A stretch of 24,675 bases of DNA from Candidatus Scatosoma sp. (lineage in GTDB: Bacteria; Bacillota; Clostridia; Christensenellales; Borkfalkiaceae). Shown here in pieces: positions 1 to 7,386 of the stretch; positions within the stretch are counted from its first letter, which is position 1; every line of letters begins with the position of its first letter. Location of the stretch: the NCBI GenBank assembly GCA_045651305.1, contig JAZRSE010000151.1, positions 1 through 24,675 of the forward strand, given 5' to 3'. A program made the position numbers and the translations under genes. The notes under the pieces were generated by a model. That model did no database searches and was not told the DNA's origin. It worked only from the letters and a program-made list of their open reading frames with translations.

Positions 1-2
1 CG

Positions 3-806
3 CTTGTGGACGCATCGGGGAGCGTCGCTATCCAAAAGGTGCTCTCCTCCCACGCCCAACGGGTGGGCACGGTGTTGCCCTCCACCTTACGAGAATTTGC
101 CATTGGGTATTTTAGCGAGAGCAAAAGCGGATTTTTGCCCATTTTGAAAACGCAACCGCAACAAGAACAGGTGGGGCAAAACGGACAAGGTTCTCAAAGC
201 GGCGAGAACAACGCCCCCTCCGCCCCAAGCGGACAAGCGTCCCCCAGCCAAGGCGCGCAAAACACGCAAAATACACAGGGCGGAAACGAACAGGATAAGC
301 CCGTTTTTAGCGCAGGCGAAACCGCCCTTTTTTACGCAGGCAAACGGGTGGCGAAATGGACGGAAGAGGAAACGTTTGCCTTTAACGCCGTTAAAAACAA
401 ACTGCGCCTTGCCTCCTACTCGGTAGAAACGGACGAGGCGACGTATTCGCTCACCGTCAAGAAAAACAAAGCGAAAACTTCTTGCAAATTGGGCAAGGAC
501 GGACGGGCGGTCTACAAAATCGACGTGACCCTGTCCGCAGGACTTCTCGATAGCTCCAAAGCGTTTACAAAAACGGAGGGTATCGACGTGGGCGACGCCC
601 CTGCGTCCGCTTTTGAGAGCGCGGAAAAACGGCTTGCCTCGCAAATTTCTTCCGCTTTTGAAAAGGCGCGGACAAGCGGTTGCGACGTGTTCGCCCTCTC
701 GCAAGCTATCCAAAAACGGGAGAAGAAACGCTTTGAAGAGGTGAAAAACACCCTGCTTTTGGATAGCATTTTGGACGTTTCCGTGCGCTTTCAAAACGTT
801 CGATAA
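3..806 (+). CDS. Ger(x)C-family spore germination receptor C subunit, 5'-truncated by the window edge
   Basis: The frame is open from the window start. The C-terminus (AFEKARTSGCDVFALSQAIQKREKKRFEEVKNTLLLDSILDVSVRF) resembles the Ger(x)C C-terminal domain (D-x-F-G/A-x-G/S helix followed by a terminal beta strand). Family recognised by eye. Confidence 0.7.
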   Translation, partial: LVDASGSVAIQKVLSSHAQRVGTVLPSTLREFAIGYFSESKSGFLPILKTQPQQEQVGQNGQGSQSGENNAPSAPSGQASPSQGAQNTQNTQGGNEQDKPVFSAGETALFYAGKRVAKWTEEETFAFNAVKNKLRLASYSVETDEATYSLTVKKNKAKTSCKLGKDGRAVYKIDVTLSAGLLDSSKAFTKTEGIDVGDAPASAFESAEKRLASQISSAFEKARTSGCDVFALSQAIQKREKKRFEEVKNTLLLDSILDVSVRFQNVR

Positions 807-884
807 ATTTCAACCTTGCAACTTTTCTATACCATAATTTTTTTGGGATTATTCATTTATCACCCTTTGCATAAAACAAATAAA

Positions 885-1335
885 TGTGGATAACTTTTGC
901 CTTTTTTCAAAAAAAACATTTGTTTGTGGATAAATTTGCCTTTTTTATACCTTTTTAATGCTTTTTTACGAACAGTTTTCCACTTTTAATCGAGTTATCC
1001 ACCGTATTTTACACGAATATATGTTTCGAATTTTTGTTCGTTTCGCCGTTTTATCCACCGAAAAAGGGGCTTTTTCGCCCTTTTAACCGCGCAAACGCAG
1101 GAAAACGCTTTTTTGTTTTGTTAAGAGCCTGCACTTTTATCCACAATTTGTTTTTTTTGTACGTGGATAACCCCTACTTATCCACTTTGGGGGTGGAGAA
1201 GGTGGATAAAGGGCAATGTATATTTTTATAAAAGCATTTTTTCGCCCCTCTTCGACAAATTTATACACAAAATATTTGCATAGGTTATCCACAGAAAAAC
1301 AAGTTATCCACACAGCGTTTGCCTTGGGTGGATAA
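885..1335. promoter_or_regulatory. DnaA-box cluster without an evident unwinding element
   Basis: Perfect TTATCCACA (either strand) at 885, 925, 1137, 1285 and 1304. TTATACACA at 1261. One-mismatch boxes at 995, 1051, 1162, 1178, 1201 and 1327. The region is AT-rich, non-coding and lies between convergent genes. Confidence 0.85.
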
Positions 1336-1382
1336 CTTTCTTTACGCTTTTTTATGGCAGGTTTTTTAGGGAGAAAAGCGGC

Positions 1383-1618
1383 GTGATTTGCCCGTTGGGC
1401 GTGATTTGACGGCGTTGCCGTCGTGATTTGCCTACGGCGTGAATTGGCTTGCGCCGTGATTTGCACGCCGAGGGCGTGCGTTGTGGCTATTATTTTTATG
1501 ACTTTTTTTCGTATTTATTCTTCCGCAACGCATTGCAAGGCAATGCAATTCACGCGGTTGAAAAACCGCAATTCACGAAATTTATTTCAATTCACGCAAG
1601 ATTTATCTTGCAATTCAC
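1383..1618. repeat. Linker-hairpin array, locus 1 (two inverted arms)
   Basis: Left arm: GTGATTT at 1383, 1401, 1423 and 1456 and GTGAATT at 1439, each followed by a G...C-closed palindrome, ending GTTGTGG (1480-1486). A 36-nt AT-rich spacer follows. Right arm: CCGCAAC (1523), then four palindromes each followed by AATTCAC (1547, 1570, 1589, 1612). Confidence 0.9.
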
Positions 1619-1627
1619 CTAAAAATA

Positions 1628-1667
1628 AAAGCCCCGTTGCGGATAGACGCAACGGGGTTTGTTTTTT
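1628..1667. terminator. Bidirectional intrinsic terminator
   Basis: Stem CCCCGTTGCG (1632-1641) / CGCAACGGGG (1648-1657), with an A-tract on the left and a T-tract on the right, just past the cvpA-like stop codon. Confidence 0.8.
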
Positions 1668-1668
1668 A

Positions 1669-2379
1669 TTATACCAACACCCAACCGATGATGATGTTGA
1701 TGAGGTTGTGATTATACAGTACGCGAAGAAGTAGACAATCGCCAAAGAAGTTGTTGATGCCTGCAACGGGGATAACGCCAAGCACGGCGATAACGGCGCT
1801 CAATAGCAGCCAACCTTGCACCAAGCCCACGAGAAAGCCGAGAAAACGATTCAATCCGCTTATAAACGGCATTTTATTTATGAGGGAGGAAAGCAATCTC
1901 TTAACGATATTAAGGAGCAATTTCGCAACGATAAACAACAGGAAGAACACAATGAGCGACGTGGCGAATTTACCAAGCGGCGCGCCGATAACCATCGCAA
2001 GCGTCGTGCCTGCCGCAATCGTTTCGTTCCCTACGCTATTGACGACGAATTTTGCAAGGAAGGCAGGAATTTTGTTCGCCTCCATACTCGCCTGCAAGCC
2101 CGCGTTCGAAACGTCCACGTTCAAGGCTTTTATCTTCCCAAGCGCCTTTGCACAAGCGTTTTGCATCACCTCTTGCAAGCCGAATAACCCGTTCGTCCAA
2201 CGCATTACGCTACGGAGCAACAATATCGCCGTTATAAATGCGAGCAGCGTGGTGATTAGACCGAACAAACAGTCTATAAACCCTCGCTTTGCCGCAAGCG
2301 CCGCAAACCCGATAATGAGCATTATCGCAAGAATATCCACAACCCAACACGCCCAAGCCGCGTTCAAGCCAAGCAACAT
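1669..2379 (-). CDS. CvpA-family (colicin V production-like) membrane protein, 236 aa
   Basis: Start moved to ATG 2379, which follows a GGAGG RBS. The N-terminal pattern 'VVDILAIMLIIGFAALAAKRGFIDCLFGL' and C-terminal 'NRFLGFLVGLVQG' are typical of CvpA. Confidence 0.75.
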   Translation of the reverse strand: MLLGLNAAWACWVVDILAIMLIIGFAALAAKRGFIDCLFGLITTLLAFITAILLLRSVMRWTNGLFGLQEVMQNACAKALGKIKALNVDVSNAGLQASMEANKIPAFLAKFVVNSVGNETIAAGTTLAMVIGAPLGKFATSLIVFFLLFIVAKLLLNIVKRLLSSLINKMPFISGLNRFLGFLVGLVQGWLLLSAVIAVLGVIPVAGINNFFGDCLLLRVLYNHNLINIIIGWVLV

Positions 2380-2581
2380 TTTTCTTCCTCCTTTCCCTTT
2401 CAAACGCTTGGATTTTTTCCCTATCCAACCGTTTTTATGCAAGCGTTTCGTCTATTATATCATATCTTTTGCTTTTTTTCAACTATATTAAAAAAATTGC
2501 ACCTCTTTTCTTCCTGCCTGCTCGTTTATTCTTTTTGCGATTAGGGAATACTCTATAAGCGGTTTTCGCAGGGAGGGAAAT

Positions 2582-3184
2582 ATGGAATACGCTTTTCATA
2601 TATATAATAAAGCGGCGGTAAACGGGATTGTTATGGGCGTAGAAAGTTTGATACGAAAAAGTAAAGGAAAGCTCGGTTTTTCCTACACGCAAAAGGAACA
2701 GCCCACGTTTGCACCCCCTATTATCGTTTGCGTAGGCAGCGATTTGGCGGTGGGCGATAGTTTGGGGCCGATTTGCGGTTCTATGCTAAAATATAAAACG
2801 CAGGGAATCCCTGCGTTCATTTACGGTACGCTTGCCTCGCCCGTTACGGCAAAGGAAATTAAATACGTCCGCGCCTTTTTGAAAGACGCGCACCCGTTTA
2901 GCCCTGTTATCGCCGTGGACGCCGCCGTTGGCAGCGAGGGGGATATTGGGCTTATCAAACTTTTGGACGCTCCTCTCCGCCCCGGGGCAGGCGCAAACAA
3001 AAAATTGGGCGCTATCGGGGATACGTCCATCCTCGGCATCGTGGCGGAAAAATCTATCGCCAATTACGGGCTTTTGAACACCACTCGCTTAAACCTCGTC
3101 TATACGATGGCAGAGCTTATTTCAACCGCCCTTGCCGATTATCTTCGCAACCTGCAACCGCTTAAAAATTTAGCCTCGTTTTAA
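2582..3184 (+). CDS. yyaC: Spore protease YyaC (DUF1256, GPR-related)
   Basis: Motifs VCVGSD...GDSLGP, YGTL..PV, IAVDAAVG and PLRPGAG..K.L..IGD. GGAGG RBS at 2572. Confidence 0.85.
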   Translation: MEYAFHIYNKAAVNGIVMGVESLIRKSKGKLGFSYTQKEQPTFAPPIIVCVGSDLAVGDSLGPICGSMLKYKTQGIPAFIYGTLASPVTAKEIKYVRAFLKDAHPFSPVIAVDAAVGSEGDIGLIKLLDAPLRPGAGANKKLGAIGDTSILGIVAEKSIANYGLLNTTRLNLVYTMAELISTALADYLRNLQPLKNLASF

Positions 3185-3688
3185 CACTCTTTTCACGCCG
3201 AAATACAAGGGCGTGCCAAGCGCGTACACCCAAACGCTTTGCGTGAGTAAGAAACTCCCAACGTACGTGAAATACGCCACTCTCACGCTCGTATAGCCCT
3301 CTCCGCCGCCACACAAGAACACGATAACAAGCGGAATAACAAAGGCGTTGACAAGCACGGGGAACAATCCGCCAAGCGTAATTTTCGCCCAATCCTTTTT
3401 GAATATTTTTCCCACGGCGAACGTAGCAAGCGCCGCCACCAAGCTTGCCGCCGCGCCTATCGTCATATCGTACACGGCGTAGGGCGAGGCGATATTAGAG
3501 AGCATACACCCTATAAAAAGTGCCGGCACCGCCTCGGGGAAAAAGAGGGGTAAAATACAAAGCGCCTCTGCTGGACGAACCTGAAAAGGGCCAAAAGCAA
3601 AGGGCATAAAAGCATACGTGAGCGCAACGTACAAAGCGGCAATTACACCTGCGCGGCATAACCGCTTTGTCATACTCGTCTTATTCAT
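3170..3688 (-). CDS. queT: QueT-family queuosine-precursor transporter (ECF S-component type)
   Basis: Motifs 'AGVIAALYVALT', 'FGPFQVRPAEALCILP' and 'P.LFIGCMLSN'. Hydrophobic, 172 aa, with a riboswitch-like leader. Confidence 0.85.
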   Translation of the reverse strand: MNKTSMTKRLCRAGVIAALYVALTYAFMPFAFGPFQVRPAEALCILPLFFPEAVPALFIGCMLSNIASPYAVYDMTIGAAASLVAALATFAVGKIFKKDWAKITLGGLFPVLVNAFVIPLVIVFLCGGGEGYTSVRVAYFTYVGSFLLTQSVWVYALGTPLYFGVKRVLKRG

Positions 3689-3697
3689 AAAATTGTA

Positions 3698-3740
3698 CCT
3701 CGGTTTTTTTATTAGGAAGTGTTCTACCGAAAACCTTCCT
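3698..3740 (-). ncRNA. Probable preQ1 class I riboswitch
   Basis: The minus strand reads AGGAAG-GUUUUCGGUAGAACA-CUUCCU-AAUAAAAAAACCGAGG: a P1 stem, an A-rich tail, and loop UCGGU complementary to tail ACCGA overlapping the GAGG RBS of queT. The loop is longer than in canonical examples. Confidence 0.6.
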
Positions 3741-3748
3741 TCTTTTTA

Positions 3749-3778
3749 ATTATAACACTCTATAAAGGAATATGTCAA
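3749..3778 (-). promoter_or_regulatory. sigma-A promoter of queT
   Basis: TTGACA (3778-3773), N18, then TATAAT (3754-3749) with an extended -10 TG. Confidence 0.75.
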
Positions 3779-3781
3779 TAA

Positions 3782-3820
3782 AAAACGGCTCGCTTTTCAT
3801 AATTACAAGCAAGCCGTTTT
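3782..3820 (-). terminator. Probable terminator after the ABC permease
   Basis: Inverted repeat AAAACGGCT / AGCCGTTTT with an A-tract to its left. Confidence 0.5.
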
Positions 3821-3826
3821 CCTTTA

Positions 3827-5623
3827 TTATTCCACCGTTTTAAGAGAGGCGTTCATATCCGTTTTCAATATCTTTCTACGAAGTAACATCGTCGAAATAA
3901 ACCCGAACACCATCGTTAAAATGGGCGTCAATACGTAACTCCACCACTTCACCTCCGCAAGCGAGCCAAAACTGATGAAATCGAACACGAATTTAACGAA
4001 CCCCATACCAAGCGGTATGCCAAGCACTGCGCCGATAGCGCACATTATATACACCTCGCGGTAGATATACCCCGTCACTTCCCGTTCACGATAGCCAAGC
4101 ACCATTAGCGTAGCTATTTCCCTCGTCCGTTCGCTAACGTTGATATTGGTCAAGTTATAAATAACCAACGCGCACAACACGCCCGAGAACACGATTAACA
4201 CGGCGGATATGCCCACCAAAGAGCCTGCTTCCCCGTACGCCACCGCGCTATTGAAAAGCCCCAAGCCTGCAAACACAAGCACCGTCGAGCCGACAACGGA
4301 AATCACCGTCATCAAAAAGCGGCTTTTGAAAAGGAGCACGTTTCGCACCGTCGATTTGTACTTAAAAGAAAGCATTTTCCAAATAAAGGGTATTCGCTCC
4401 AACAACACCTTCTTCCCTGCCTTGGGCGCTTTGGGCGTGAGTAGTTTAGCAGGATTTCCTGCCGTCGCTTTTTTGCCGCTGAAAAAGGACAAGAGAATAT
4501 TGGCAAGCAGGATAATGCCAAACGTCATTGCGTAATAATAGAAGTTAAGCGAATTGGGGAAAGGCGGCATATAGTATTGCAAATGAAAGCCGTTGTAAAG
4601 CAGGCTCGTCAAAATCAAACCGATGAAAAAGCCTATCCCACCGCCGATTATCGAGCCGAACGCCACAAACCAAACGTATTTGCCCGTTATCTTATTATCC
4701 TCAATCCCCAACGTCTTTTGACAGGCGATTTGCGCGCGTTCTTCCTCGAACAATCTCGACATCGTGGAATACACCACAAGCAGGGTTACGAGCAGGAAAA
4801 ACACCACGAATATAATCCCTATTTGCCCCACCTTTTCCGCGTACGAATAAAGGGAATACATACCGATATTCTCGTATAAAGTGAGTACGTTTGCGCTTTC
4901 GCCAAACAGTTCTTGCATTTCCTTTTTAAGCTCGCCTATCCTCTCTTCATACCCGTTTGTGAACAGCTCGTCCGTTTGTTCCACGCCCACGTGTACGTAG
5001 ATATCGTTGGTTATCGGCGTTTCCGTATACGAATAATACACCTCGCCAAGCGGCTTGTATTCCTCTTCGCCCTCTTTAATAAAGCTCGGCTCGTCCTCGT
5101 GATAAATATGCACGGGATTATACACGATACCGCAAACGGTGTATTCTATTTCTTGCCCAACGAACGGATTGAAAACGGTTATCTTCTCGCCCACCGTGCG
5201 CCCTTTAATCCACTCCGTTTCCCTCTCGGCAAGAACTTCGTTTTCCGCCGTGGGAAGTCTGCCCTCTAAAAGCTCCGTTTTGTTCACGTTTTCTCTATCG
5301 GCGGAGGAGATATAAAAGCGCATAGCCATATCCTCTTTTTCCATTTCGTAGAAAAAGCCCGTCGATACGCTCTCCTCGCCAAAACGCTCTTTCACCATTG
5401 CAAGCTCTTCGCCCGTAAACCCAAGCGGATTGCCGCTCACTATCCGTAAATCGTAGACGCGGCTTTGTTCGTGCAAATCACGCGTGCCTATTTTTATTTT
5501 GTTTTCTACTTCCCCAATGCCCGACATAAACCCAACGCTTACCGCCACGATAGCGATAATCGTCGTCAATCTCGTAAAATGTTTTTTGAACAGGCGAAAG
5601 GCGGTTTTTATGCTCGCTTTCAT
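3827..5623 (-). CDS. FtsX/MacB-like ABC transporter permease, 598 aa
   Basis: Two FtsX-type C-terminal units ('EERAQIACQKTLG' and 'ERTREIATLMVLG'). ATG 5623 overlaps the ATPase stop (TGATG), indicating translational coupling. Confidence 0.9.
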   Translation of the reverse strand: MKASIKTAFRLFKKHFTRLTTIIAIVAVSVGFMSGIGEVENKIKIGTRDLHEQSRVYDLRIVSGNPLGFTGEELAMVKERFGEESVSTGFFYEMEKEDMAMRFYISSADRENVNKTELLEGRLPTAENEVLAERETEWIKGRTVGEKITVFNPFVGQEIEYTVCGIVYNPVHIYHEDEPSFIKEGEEEYKPLGEVYYSYTETPITNDIYVHVGVEQTDELFTNGYEERIGELKKEMQELFGESANVLTLYENIGMYSLYSYAEKVGQIGIIFVVFFLLVTLLVVYSTMSRLFEEERAQIACQKTLGIEDNKITGKYVWFVAFGSIIGGGIGFFIGLILTSLLYNGFHLQYYMPPFPNSLNFYYYAMTFGIILLANILLSFFSGKKATAGNPAKLLTPKAPKAGKKVLLERIPFIWKMLSFKYKSTVRNVLLFKSRFLMTVISVVGSTVLVFAGLGLFNSAVAYGEAGSLVGISAVLIVFSGVLCALVIYNLTNINVSERTREIATLMVLGYREREVTGYIYREVYIMCAIGAVLGIPLGMGFVKFVFDFISFGSLAEVKWWSYVLTPILTMVFGFISTMLLRRKILKTDMNASLKTVE

Positions 5624-6324
5624 CACCACTCAATCTCCTCGATAGCTTTGGGTTGCGCGTTGGTAAATACCCCCTCTATACGCCCGTTTTTGATGGTGAT
5701 TACCTTGTCCGCCATATCCTTTAACGCTTGGTTGTGCGTAACTACGACAACGAGCTTTTTATTGTTCTTACAAACGTCGTGCAAGAGCCTTAAAATATTT
5801 TTACCCGTCGTATAGTCAAGCGCGCCCGTCGGCTCGTCACAAAGGAGCAGTTTGGGGTTTTTCGCAATCGCTCTTGCGATACTCACGCGTTGTTGTTCGC
5901 CGCCCGAAAGTTGGGCGGGGAAGTTGGTTAAACGCTCGCCAAGCCCCACGCTTTCCAGCACCGTTTGGGGGTCTAACGCGTCGGGACAAATCTCGGTGGC
6001 AAGCTCCACGTTTTCAAGCGCGGTGAGGTTGGGCATAAGGTTATAGAATTGGAAAACGAAACCTATATCGTCACGGCGGTAGTTGGTTAAATCCTTTTTT
6101 CCCAAACGGGAAATTTCCTTGCCGTCCAAAACAATCGTGCCGTCGCTTACGCTGTCCATACCGCCAAGCAAGTTCAAAAGCGTGGTTTTCCCTGCGCCGC
6201 TCGGGCCGAGAATAACGACAAATTCTCCGTTTTCAAGCGAAAAGCTCACGTTGTCCAAAGCGCGGTATGCCCCTGCTTGCGATTCGTATTCCTTTCCTAC
6301 CTTTTCCAATGTCAAAAACGCCAT
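5623..6324 (-). CDS. ABC transporter ATP-binding protein (LolD/MacB-like)
   Basis: Walker A GPSGAGKT, signature LSGGEQQR, Walker [13 protein letters not shown] and H-loop VTHN. Confidence 0.95.
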   Translation of the reverse strand: MAFLTLEKVGKEYESQAGAYRALDNVSFSLENGEFVVILGPSGAGKTTLLNLLGGMDSVSDGTIVLDGKEISRLGKKDLTNYRRDDIGFVFQFYNLMPNLTALENVELATEICPDALDPQTVLESVGLGERLTNFPAQLSGGEQQRVSIARAIAKNPKLLLCDEPTGALDYTTGKNILRLLHDVCKNNKKLVVVVTHNQALKDMADKVITIKNGRIEGVFTNAQPKAIEEIEW

Positions 6325-6411
6325 AATCCACCCTCTTTTGCTTTTTTATTTTTCGCCTGCGTATAGACGAAAACACACCATACTGTTCGTACGGTGCGTT
6401 TTTATTTTTTC

Positions 6412-7338
6412 TTATTTGTCTTCGCCGCTGTTTCCGCTGTTGCCAAGGAAAATACCGAAGAAATCGTTGCTCGTTTTCAAGCTCGTGCCACCGGAGGCGT
6501 TGTTGCCGCTTTGGTTGTATTTCTTAAAGCCGCCGCTCTTGCCGCCGTTTCTGCTACGGTTGTAGCCGCCCGATTTAGAGCCGTTCTTGTTGCCATAACC
6601 GCCCTTACCGCCGCGTCTATTGTCGTTTCTTCTTTCCCCTCTTGCCATAATTGCAGGAGCGGATTCGTCTTCCAAGTTATCGGGAATTACCACGATATAA
6701 CGGTTGGGTTCTTTGCCCTCGCTTTCCGTCTTAACGCCCTCTCTGTTCGAAAGCGCCGCGTGGATAATTCTTCTTTCATAGGGGTTCATCGGTTCAAGTT
6801 GCACCTTCTTTTGCAAACGGATAGCCTTTTGCGCCAAGTTTTCCGCAAGCTTGTTCAACGTTGCCTCGCGGTTTTCACGGTAGTTTTCGCAATCTACCAC
6901 AACGCGCTTGTAATCGTCCCTGCCCGTGTTTGCTACCGCGCCTGCAAGCGTTTGAATCGCGTCGAGCGTTGCGCCGTGCTTACCGATAACCGCCGTCGTG
7001 TTTGCCGCCGTTACGTTGATTTCTACTTTGTCGCCCTCGCCAACAAGCTCGGTACAAGCGGTGATTTTCAAAAGCTTGAACAAGCCTTCCAAGAACTCTA
7101 CCGTTCTTTCACCGTCCGTCAAACCCGCTTTCGTAACAGGGGCTACTACTTCTGCCGCAGCCTCTTTGATTTCTTCTTTCGCCGCAATTTCTACGCGCGC
7201 TTTTACCGCGCCAAAAAGTTTCTTTTTGCCCTCTTCCAAAACACGGATATCCGCGTTTTCTTTGGTCAAGGATAATTCTTTCAATCCTTTCTCAACGGCC
7301 TCTTCCACCGTCTTGCCTGTGAATTCGAAATATTGCAT
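6412..7338 (-). CDS. jag: RNA-binding protein Jag/EloR (KhpB): Jag_N, KH and R3H domains
   Basis: N-terminal 'FTGKTVEEAVEKGLKEL', KH motif 'IGKHGATLDAIQ', R3H 'PYERRIIHAAL'. Sits directly downstream of yidC. Confidence 0.95.
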   Translation of the reverse strand: MQYFEFTGKTVEEAVEKGLKELSLTKENADIRVLEEGKKKLFGAVKARVEIAAKEEIKEAAAEVVAPVTKAGLTDGERTVEFLEGLFKLLKITACTELVGEGDKVEINVTAANTTAVIGKHGATLDAIQTLAGAVANTGRDDYKRVVVDCENYRENREATLNKLAENLAQKAIRLQKKVQLEPMNPYERRIIHAALSNREGVKTESEGKEPNRYIVVIPDNLEDESAPAIMARGERRNDNRRGGKGGYGNKNGSKSGGYNRSRNGGKSGGFKKYNQSGNNASGGTSLKTSNDFFGIFLGNSGNSGEDK

Positions 7339-7386
7339 TTATCTCTCCCTTCCCCTGCCCCTTGGCAGTAGGAAATATTATTTTTC

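Noticed and set aside
1251-1257. Spo0A boxes (TTCGACA at 1251 beside a DnaA box, TGTCGAA at 21737 in the rqcH leader)
   Set aside because: A 7-mer is expected about once per 8 kb counting both strands, so two hits are not above chance. The positions are suggestive but unsupported.
885-1335. Primary oriC
   Set aside because: No DnaA-trio repeat or GC-spacer/AT-cluster module next to a box, unlike 11834-11900. Kept as an accessory cluster.
1383-1618. Plasmid/phage iterons or CRISPR
   Set aside because: Spacing is irregular (16-23 bp), the intervening sequences are all hairpins, and there is no rep, cas or phage gene nearby.
1034-1781. Short ORFs across the DnaA-box cluster and hairpin array
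   Set aside because: No RBS, alternative start codons, and the translations simply reflect the repeats and T-tracts.
3194-3215. CACGCC...GGCGTG stem preceded by TTT near the queT 3' end, resembling an array hairpin
   Set aside because: Single, inside coding sequence, with a 10-nt loop and no repeated linkers.
6394-7275. 293-aa plus-strand ORF (similarly 15183-15965, 1751-2491, 20084-20830 and 87-794)
   Set aside because: All fully overlap well-supported genes on the opposite strand and have no family features.
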